Assembly (NCBI GenBank): GCA_001600695.1
Contig: BCKQ01000020.1
Span: 157,163-167,760 of the forward strand
Reading direction: 5' to 3'
Source: Ascoidea asiatica JCM 7603
Lineage: Eukaryota > Fungi > Ascomycota
DNA: 10,598 nucleotides
The notes beneath the pieces are model-generated. The model was given only the letters and a program-made list of their open reading frames with translations. It was not told the origin of the DNA and made no database searches. Of the stretch, positions 1-7,060 are shown piece by piece. Position numbers and translations under genes: made by a program. Every line of letters starts with the position of its first letter. Position 1 is the first letter of the stretch.

Positions 1-1
1 T

Positions 2-1182
2 CAACTACATATTAGAATTAAAAATCGTTTAGCTATTGTTTTAAGTGAAGATAAGTTTAAGGAAGTCCTGAAAAAGTTCATCTTTCAAATGCTCACTGTT
101 CCATTGGAAATCTAGAAAACATGGTAAATGAAAAATACTTTCATCCTGATAGTATTCTATTATTTCAAGAAGTTATTAGAGTTTGTCCTCATTGTCAGCT
201 TATGAAAAAGCCATCAGCTATTTCTAAGACATTAATTCCAATTCCTTCTGCAACAGCCTTCTCAAGATGGGGGATGGATTATATTGGTCCTTTTCAAAAA
301 CCTTCATCCTGAAATAAATTTTGTATCACTGCAATTGATTATGGTACAGATTATGCTTATGCTGTTGCAACACCAGATACTGGCTGGTTACATGTTTTAA
401 ATTTAATTCAAACTATCGTCACTAATCATAGTCAAATGAAAGAAATAATTATGGATAATGGTTCTGGTTTTGTTGCAAATAATGTTATTGAGAAATTAGA
501 TTCCTTAGGAATCAAATGTCGCGAAACCTCTCCATATCACTCAGAGACTAATGGTAAATGTGAGAAGTTTAATGGTTTATTCAAACAAATTTTATTTCAT
601 TTGAATGTTTCCTTAGAATGGGACCTCCTTATAAATTCTGCATTAATTCAATACAGGTCAAGAAAGTCAAAATATGGGTTTTCACCTTACGTTTTAGCTT
701 TTGGTGTATATTCAGGTTCAAGCAATAATATGCAACCGTATGCATAAGATCCTACAGATGCCGAGGATCAAGAAGCTACTCCATGAGGAGTCTTATAAAT
801 TCAAAAACTAAATAAAAAAAGAAAGGAACATTCCAAAATTAAATGGAACATTGCAAATACCAAAACAAACCTTCAAGAAGACGACGCAGTCATTAAAGTT
901 TTTGAAGTAGGTGATTATATTTTAAGACAAAGAATTAGAAAACACAAATTAGAACCATATTATGATGGTCCAAATATGCTGAAAAAGGTTTTTGATAATA
1001 ATGTTTACAAACCTTCTACTTTAAACGGTGCTGATATTAAAAATAAAGTAAATAGTAATAGATTATTTTCTGCTTTCACTGACGATAAGAATCTAACTAA
1101 ACATTTTTTCAATCATTTTCAAAAATTACTAAATGGTGATAGATCAAGATTAAACAAAATTTCAAGAGCCTTAGATTTGTAA
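2..1182 (+). pseudogene. Disrupted Ty3/gypsy LTR-retrotransposon integrase (3' end of pol; 5' part lies outside the window)
   Basis: ORFs 121-312, 436-747 and 976-1182 are all frame 1 and join when read through stops at 310 (TGA), 745 (TAA), 784 (TGA) and 796 (TAA). A 1-nt frameshift near 66-72 links to frame 2 upstream (QLHIRIKNRLAIVLSEDKFKEV). Zn finger H-x4-H-x29-C-x2-C (codons at 79, 94, 184, 193). Catalytic D (WGMDYIGP, 277), D (MDNGSGF, 454) and E (NGKCE, 562) with exact D-35-E spacing. GPY/F module FEVGDYIL...KLEPYYDGP at 901-972. Integrase in the last position of pol is the Ty3/gypsy order. Confidence 0.93.
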
Positions 1183-1234
1183 ACGTGAGGCTTTTTGATT
1201 GTTAATCATTTTATTCTTTTATTGGAATTGTCTT

Positions 1235-1447
1235 TGAATATTCTAGGCTATTCTTAGACTTTCTAAAATTGCATAGATTGTTCTACGACTACATTCTATT
1301 GCGTTCTCAAAACTTCCGTGTGCATGTTAAATGTACTAGAGCGTTCTAGGTCTGCATTATTTATTCTTTCTTCGAAGTTCTGTGTGCATCTCGAATGTAC
1401 TGGAATCTTCGTGTTTGTTCTTAGAATGACGTAGTGTCTTCTAGAAC
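1235..1447. promoter_or_regulatory. Degenerate heat-shock-element-like (nGAAn/nTTCn) array
   Basis: TTC at 10-bp phase: 1241, 1251, 1261, 1281; 1294, 1304, 1314, 1344, 1364; 1368, 1378, 1408, 1418. GAAnnTTC at 1236 and 1403. TTCTAGAA at 1439-1446. Confidence 0.55.
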
Positions 1448-1528
1448 AATACTTTATTTTATTTCTTTCCTTAAGTATGGGAAGTGAATTTTGACATACT
1501 AAATTTACAAATTTATTCTTAAAATGGG

Positions 1529-1560
1529 TTACCCGCTCCTATTTTCCACTAATATAAATA
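1529..1560 (+). promoter_or_regulatory. Reb1-like site and TATA box of the putative LTR promoter
   Basis: TTACCCG at 1529-1535 and TATAAATA at 1553-1560, downstream of the HSE-like array. Confidence 0.4.
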
Positions 1561-1720
1561 GGGCACTTACCTCCCATATTTTTAATATAATTTTTATATA
1601 TTTTATATTGTAATTAACAATTGTTTATAATTTGAATTAGATATCTTCTTAGTAATAATTAGATATTTCGTTCGAACTACAATCACCGGGGAAGTAGCCA
1701 CGCCTGGATTTGTATCCGTT

Positions 1721-1762
1721 ACAGTTATCCGCTTCCTTTAAATTTCACTCGCGGATATCTGT
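1721..1762. repeat. Inverted repeat/hairpin, 11 of 12 bp paired, 18-nt loop
   Basis: ACAGTTATCCGC (1721-1732) pairs with GCGGATATCTGT (1751-1762) with one T-T mismatch. Confidence 0.8.
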
Positions 1763-1770
1763 TTCCGGGG

Positions 1771-1839
1771 ATGGTGCAAGAAGATAATCACAAGATAATC
1801 ACAAGATGGTGTAAATGGTGCAAATGGTGTAAATGGTGC
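1771..1839 (+). repeat. Compound minisatellite: (AAGATAATCAC)x2 and (ATGGTGYAA)x~4
   Basis: 11-mer at 1781 and 1792. 9-mer at 1806, 1815, 1824, partial at 1833, plus a lone copy at 1771. Confidence 0.9.
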
Positions 1840-1921
1840 TTAGGATAAATAAATATATAAATAATAATATATATAATAATATAAAAAAGAAATGAAATTA
1901 TTTATATCACTAAATATCAAT

Positions 1922-4744
1922 TCATACATCATCTGTATCTTCATTCCAAATACTACCAAAATAATCAAATAAATTTCTTTCATCTTCATTATATTCAATT
2001 AATTCACCTTTAAATTTATTATCATTTAAATTTCCTCCAACTAAATCATATGCACACCAATAATATCCTCTACATGGTCCTGTATCTTTAATCCAACCTT
2101 TATTTGGTTCTCCAATTTCATTATTTAATAAATTATTTGAATCTGGTGGTATAATTGCAAAATTTATTTTTAAATATCCTTCATAAAATTTTAATAAATC
2201 TTCATAATTTAAAAATTTATTTTTAAATCTATTTGAATTAATATCTTCAGATTCTGGAAATTTACAATTTCTAAATCCTGAATTAATCCAAAGTAATGTA
2301 TGTTTATCAATACCATCAATATGTGCAGGATGTGTAGAACATAATTCATTTGCCATTTTTCTTATAGGAACTTCATTATTATCTTCATTCTCTTCATTAA
2401 TAACTGGTTTTGGACTAAGTTCTCCAACTGAAACTGCAGGTAATTGATTTAATCCATATTCTTCATCTCCTAAAACTGCATGACTTAACCAAAATAATTC
2501 TTTATCTCCACCTGCTAATCTTTTTGAAATTGGTTTTAACATTGATAAACTTAAACTTGTAATTAATGTACCAAAATTATTTAAATGATTTTTATTCATT
2601 ATCACAATCCCACTTTCTAAAAAATATTTATTACCATTTAAAAATCTATTTTTAATAGTAAAATCTGAATTTAAATTTATATTAAATAAATAATTATCAA
2701 TTTTATTTGGTAATATTTTTAAAAAAAATTCAATATCATTTTTAAATTCCCATTTAAAATCAACTTCTCTATCTTTAAATAATAATTCATTTTTATTTAA
2801 ATATTCTTCATTATAAAAAAAATTTTCTGGATTTATAAATGGTATAACATCTGCATCCATAATTATCATTTCTTCAAATGAATTAAATATAGTTGCTAAT
2901 AATTTATTTGTAAATGTTCTAAAATCTTCATTATATTTTTCTGTAATACAATCTTTAAAATTTACAAAATATAAATCTTGTTTTGGATATTTATAATTTA
3001 AAATTATTGAACTTTCATTATATTCAAAATTTGGTAATTTATTATAATTTTGAAATTTAATTAATTTTTCATCATCTAAAATTGAATTAAAATGTTCATT
3101 TCTTGCAATTTTTATTAATCTTTTTTGTAAAAATAATGATAAATCTCCTCTATGTAAAATTTGAATTGGTAATGTATTACCTAAATTTCTTAAAATTTTT
3201 ATTAAACCTCTAACTAATGGAAAATATGAATCATTAATACAAATTACAATACCTTTACCATTAAATTTATTTAATAATTTTTCTTTTAAAAAACTACCAG
3301 AATTACCAATTTTTAAATTTAAATTTTTTTTTAAATTATATGAAGTTTTATTATAAATTGGAAATTTATTATAATAAATTTTATTATCCCATCTTTTAAA
3401 AATTGGTAATTTACCAGAAAAAAATGGAAATAATCTTTGTTCTAAATTTAATAAATAATTATCTTCACCCAAATTATTTAAATTTAAATCAATTGGATTA
3501 ATTATTGGAATTTCTAAATTATTATTAAATTTTAAATTATTTGAAATTTTATTTTTAATATCATCATCTAATTTATAATTTTTATTACTTAAATAACATT
3601 TATTATATAATTTTAAATGAGTAATAATATTAATAATTTCATCTTCAATTTTTATATTAATATTATATTGATTTAAAATTTCATTTAAAAATTCATTTTT
3701 TTTAAAATTTAATTCATCATTTGAAATTTTTCCATTATTAATATCATTTTCATTTTCTTTTAAATAATTATTATATTTAATTTCATTTAATTCATTAATT
3801 CTAAAACCATCAATTTTATAATTATCTTGATTTAAATCATTATTTAAATTTTTAAAAATATTCCAATTTAAATCATTATTTATATAAATTTGATTAAAAT
3901 ATTTTTTACATTTTAAATTTAAATTTAAATTTAAAAATTTTGATAATTCATTTTCATTTTCATTTTCATTTTTATTATTATTATTAAATAAATCATTATA
4001 AATTTTTGAATAATTTTTTGAAGCAAAATAATTTTTTGAATTAATATCTGAATAATTTTTATAAATATTTAAATTTAAAATATCATTTAATTTATTAATT
4101 TGAATTAAATTGTTATTATTGTTATTATTATTATTATCATCATCAATTTTTGTTATTAAAAATTGATTATTTGAATTAATTTTATAATTATAAAATTTAT
4201 CATAATTTTCATTATTATATTCATTATTATAATTATCATCAATATCATTTTCAATATAATAATTATTATTATTATTATTATTATTATCATTATTTGAATG
4301 TGAATCAAGATTATTATTATTAATTAAATTTTTAAAATTTAAATTTGAATAAGAATAAGAATATAAATTTGAATTTGAATTTGAATTTGAATTTGAATTT
4401 GAATTTAGATTTAAATTAAAATTATTAATTAATAAAAAAATTAAGAATAATAAAAAAAATAGAATAATTCTAAATTTTATTTTAGATCTAATTATTAAAT
4501 TTGAATAAAATTTTAAATTTAAATAAATTTTATTTAAAAATCTTTTTAAATTATTATCATTATCATTATCAGAATTATTATTATTATTATTATTATTGTT
4601 GATATTATTGTTGATATTATTATTTAAATCTAAATTATTTAAAGGTAATGAAGAAGAATTTGAATTAATTGAAATTGAAGACATTCTATTAAAATTAAAA
4701 GAATTACTTCTTTTTTTATTATCTTGATAATTTGGGCTTAACAT
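1922..4744 (-). CDS. Golgi alpha-1,3-mannosyltransferase, MNN1/MNT family (GT71), type II membrane protein, 940 aa
   Basis: Single N-proximal TM segment (IILFFLLFLIFLLI) and long Asn-rich stem. Family motifs KGIVICI, LGNTLPIQILH, NKLLATIFNSFEEMIIMDAD (DxD at 2849-2857), FKDR, ESGIVIMNK, GDKELFWL, LCSTHPAH, LLWINSG, C.GYYWCAY. The exact paralog cannot be assigned. Confidence 0.93.
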   Translation of the reverse strand: MLSPNYQDNKKRSNSFNFNRMSSISINSNSSSLPLNNLDLNNNINNNINNNNNNNNNSDNDNDNNLKRFLNKIYLNLKFYSNLIIRSKIKFRIILFFLLFLIFLLINNFNLNLNSNSNSNSNSNSNLYSYSYSNLNFKNLINNNNLDSHSNNDNNNNNNNNYYIENDIDDNYNNEYNNENYDKFYNYKINSNNQFLITKIDDDNNNNNNNNNLIQINKLNDILNLNIYKNYSDINSKNYFASKNYSKIYNDLFNNNNKNENENENELSKFLNLNLNLKCKKYFNQIYINNDLNWNIFKNLNNDLNQDNYKIDGFRINELNEIKYNNYLKENENDINNGKISNDELNFKKNEFLNEILNQYNINIKIEDEIINIITHLKLYNKCYLSNKNYKLDDDIKNKISNNLKFNNNLEIPIINPIDLNLNNLGEDNYLLNLEQRLFPFFSGKLPIFKRWDNKIYYNKFPIYNKTSYNLKKNLNLKIGNSGSFLKEKLLNKFNGKGIVICINDSYFPLVRGLIKILRNLGNTLPIQILHRGDLSLFLQKRLIKIARNEHFNSILDDEKLIKFQNYNKLPNFEYNESSIILNYKYPKQDLYFVNFKDCITEKYNEDFRTFTNKLLATIFNSFEEMIIMDADVIPFINPENFFYNEEYLNKNELLFKDREVDFKWEFKNDIEFFLKILPNKIDNYLFNINLNSDFTIKNRFLNGNKYFLESGIVIMNKNHLNNFGTLITSLSLSMLKPISKRLAGGDKELFWLSHAVLGDEEYGLNQLPAVSVGELSPKPVINEENEDNNEVPIRKMANELCSTHPAHIDGIDKHTLLWINSGFRNCKFPESEDINSNRFKNKFLNYEDLLKFYEGYLKINFAIIPPDSNNLLNNEIGEPNKGWIKDTGPCRGYYWCAYDLVGGNLNDNKFKGELIEYNEDERNLFDYFGSIWNEDTDDV
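4368..4405 (-). repeat. Coding hexamer repeat (Asn-Ser)n, one of many coding microsatellites
   Basis: (TTTGAA)n on the + strand encodes NSNSNSNS. (TTA/TTG)n tracts near 4111-4136, 4262-4287 and 4574-4600 encode poly-Asn. Confidence 0.9.
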
Positions 4745-5100
4745 ATTAAAAAGAAAAGAAGTGAAGAAAAAAGAAGTGAAGAAGTGAATAAATATAAATA
4801 GAGATTGAGATTGAGAAAGAGGGATTGAGAAAGGGAGATAATTTAGTATTATAATAATATTATCAATAAATTGGAATTAAATAAGAAATTTGTCTTGTTT
4901 CTTAGATATTATAAGATAATAGAATTAGACAAAGATAATGAGATAATGAGATAATAAGGTAATGAATGTGAATTTAAGTTAAAAAAGTGAAATAAAAGTG
5001 AAATAAAAGTGAAATAAAAAGAATTAAAAAGAATTAAAATTGATAATTTTTTTAGTATTTCATTTTCTTATTGAAATTTAAATTTAAAGCTTTTTTTAAT

Positions 5101-5106
5101 ACGCGT
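5101..5106. promoter_or_regulatory. MCB (ACGCGT) upstream of the mannosyltransferase gene
   Basis: Exact ACGCGT flanked by T tracts, about 360 bp upstream of the ATG at 4744, at the edge of a GC-richer block. Confidence 0.4.
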
Positions 5107-5440
5107 TTTTTTAAACCGGGACGTTTCGAGGGTGTTACGAGGCTGCCTTTTTAGGGAATATTTTATTTTTTTTATTTTAGATTGATTTTAAAAGGAGGTT
5201 TAGTTTTGAAGAATGTTGTGAAATTAAAGGGAATTAAAAGAGGTTTTGTTAGGTGGTTGCTTTGTTTAAGTAAGGGATGAGCACTTGGAAAGTAGAGTGA
5301 TGTCCCGTTGTTGTGAGGTACGTGGTATGTTTCTGGCTGCATTTGCACTTTTTAGATGCATGAGATACGCTGAATTGGGAAATTTAAAAAAGTCGGTATG
5401 CCCTCGGAATATTCGCTTATGTAATTTGTTATGTAATAAT

Positions 5441-6406
5441 TTAAATAAATTTTTTTAAATTTTCATAAATTAAGAATATAAAAGCATTTGAAGGAATTGA
5501 TTTAATTAAAGTTATATTAAGACCTTTATAAAACCCAGAAAAACCGAATTTATAATAAATTAAATTTGAAATTTTATAATATTTTATAATATTATTAGTA
5601 TTAGTATTAAATTTAATAGATATTGAATTTGTTTGAAATAAAGATTTAATTGTATCAATTGGATAAAAAGATAAATTATATGAGAATCCAGCAATTGCAC
5701 CAGATATTAATCTTTGTAAATTATTTAATTCATTATTATTGTTATTGTTATTATTATTATTAATTGATTTAAATAGAGAAGAAGTATATTCATAAGTACC
5801 AAAATAAAATGAATTACCACCAGATTCTCTAATTAAAGTTAATAAATGACCTTTATAAAGATTATTTTTATTTAAATTTATAATTTTTATTATATCTTTT
5901 AAGTTACTATTAGTAGTATTAATAGTTTTGTTTTTATTTAAATTAAAAATTTGTAAATTACATTTAATTAATTCAATTGGTGTTAATATTAAAGATGTTA
6001 AAAATCCAGTTAAAAATCCAGAAAATATTTTATAATTTAATGGTAATTCAATAAAATTATTATAATTTTTAAAATAATTATTATTAAATTCATAAGATGA
6101 AAAAAGTAAAGAATTTTCAAAAGCAGATGCAATTAATGGTAAATTTAAACCTTTAAAAAAAGATAAAATTCCTTCATTTTTAATTATTGAATATATACAA
6201 TTTATTGAATTATTATAATTATTATTGTTTAATTGAATTTGAAGTCTGACTTTAATTGTATCAAATGGATATTCAATAATTTTACCAATTGAACCTGAAA
6301 TTGAACCAAATATAAAAGATTTTAAATTTGATATTTGTTTTTCATTATTGTTGTTGTTGTTGTTGTTGTTGGTAGTTATTAGATTAATACTTGTTGTATT
6401 CTGCAT
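5441..6406 (-). CDS. ORT1: Mitochondrial ornithine carrier (SLC25 family), 321 aa
   Basis: Three signature motifs PFDTIKVR, PIELIKCN and PIDTIKSL. ORT1-type segments GSI.G..GK.IE.PFDT.KVRLQ, EN..LF.SY, T.IRES.G...F.TYE and KFG..GFY.GL.ITL. Confidence 0.88.
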   Translation of the reverse strand: MQNTTSINLITTNNNNNNNNNEKQISNLKSFIFGSISGSIGKIIEYPFDTIKVRLQIQLNNNNYNNSINCIYSIIKNEGILSFFKGLNLPLIASAFENSLLFSSYEFNNNYFKNYNNFIELPLNYKIFSGFLTGFLTSLILTPIELIKCNLQIFNLNKNKTINTTNSNLKDIIKIINLNKNNLYKGHLLTLIRESGGNSFYFGTYEYTSSLFKSINNNNNNNNNNELNNLQRLISGAIAGFSYNLSFYPIDTIKSLFQTNSISIKFNTNTNNIIKYYKISNLIYYKFGFSGFYKGLNITLIKSIPSNAFIFLIYENLKKFI

Positions 6407-6437
6407 TATAATATATAAGATATTATATTATATTATA

Positions 6438-6492
6438 TACTAATAGATATAATAGATATAATAGATATAATAGATACTAATAGATACTAATA
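6438..6492 (+). repeat. AT-rich 9-10 bp tandem repeat (TAATAGATA[C]) just upstream of ORT1
   Basis: Five consecutive TAATAGATA-type units are visible. Confidence 0.8.
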
Positions 6493-6589
6493 TATTTAGT
6501 TAATAGTCATTGGATAGAGGATGCAAGTCCTGGTATTTGAAATAGGATGTCTCGTGTTCTTCGTGTCCTAAGACATCAACACTTTCACT

Positions 6590-6665
6590 GAAGAAGAGAA
6601 AGAGAAGAGAAGAAGAAGAGAGAAGGAGACAAGAAAGAAGACAAGGAGACAAGAGAGAAGAGAAG
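6590..6665 (+). repeat. Polypurine (GA-rich) tract in the ORT1/SIS1 divergent promoter
   Basis: About 75 nt of A/G interrupted by only three C residues (AGACAAG units). Confidence 0.85.
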
Positions 6666-6724
6666 TTGCAGTTGTTGTTAGTGAGAGTACCACTGCTGGG
6701 GGTGCACCCGCAGCGCTGGGCCGC

Positions 6725-6763
6725 AGAACCTTCTAGAACCTTCTGTGCTTTTCCATGCTTTTC
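6725..6763. promoter_or_regulatory. Heat shock element (Hsf1 site) of SIS1
   Basis: Perfect four-unit aGAAccTTCtaGAAccTTCt at 6725-6744, with in-phase TTC at 6751 and 6761, about 320 bp upstream of the ATG. SIS1 is an established Hsf1 target in budding yeast. Confidence 0.85.
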
Positions 6764-7060
6764 CCTGATATTTCTTTCACTTTCTTCTCCGTGACACTTT
6801 TGAAACAAATCAGCAGTGGCAGTGGTGGCAGTGGTAGCAGTAGTAATTAACTACCAGAATCAGTTCGATGATCACTTCAAGATTCTGAATTTATATCCTT
6901 ATATATTTATATACAGGATATAATATATATATTTAAGATCTTTAAATAAATGTCTGTAATTTATCAATTATAATTATAATATATATACTACATTACTCAA
7001 TTCATTAACATTCTAATAACTAATAACTAATAAATAATAAATAATAAATAATAAATAAAA

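Larger units (their letters stand above)
1..1723 (+). mobile_element. Degenerate Ty3/gypsy retrotransposon remnant (right boundary tentative)
   Basis: Integrase pseudogene followed by about 550 bp of non-coding, promoter-like DNA before the 3' end of the next host gene. Confidence 0.75.
1178..1723 (+). repeat. Candidate 3' LTR (or 3' UTR plus LTR)
   Basis: TGTAAACG at 1178-1185 and CGTTACA at 1717-1723 form TG...CA termini with a short inverted repeat. The internal order is enhancer-like array, TATA box, AT-rich stretch. No convincing PPT precedes 1178, and no second LTR or TSD is visible. Confidence 0.35.

Noticed and set aside
310-798. Stop-codon reassignment or programmed readthrough in the integrase
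   Set aside because: Both TGA and TAA interrupt the frame, there is also a frameshift, TGG is used for Trp, and host genes end in TAA or TGA normally. Decay is the simpler explanation.
1763-1773. 11-nt complementarity TTCCGGGGATG to SIS1 7552-7562
   Set aside because: One such match among the GC-rich patches of a 10-kb window is plausible by chance.
1660-1780. tRNA, Pol III B-box (GTTCGAAC at 1670) or hammerhead/HDV ribozyme
   Set aside because: No cloverleaf, the B-box lacks its final conserved C on both strands, there is no CUGANGA core, and I could not build an HDV pseudoknot.
5140-5375. U5-loop-like GCCTTTTTA and box C/D-like GTGATGT...CTGA
   Set aside because: Imperfect motifs with no flanking stems and no recognisable rRNA guide. 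More likely ordinary promoter or terminator DNA.
6438-6492. TACTAAT branch-point-like motifs
   Set aside because: Antisense to ORT1, part of a tandem repeat, and no matching splice sites.
6500-6808. 102-aa minus-strand ORF
   Set aside because: Starts at TTG, overlaps the HSE and polypurine promoter tract, and its Leu/Ser run is simply the translation of that tract.
6813-6846. GGTGGCA resembling the Rpn4 PACE element
   Set aside because: Lacks the terminal AAA and is embedded in a (GCAGTG)-type repeat.
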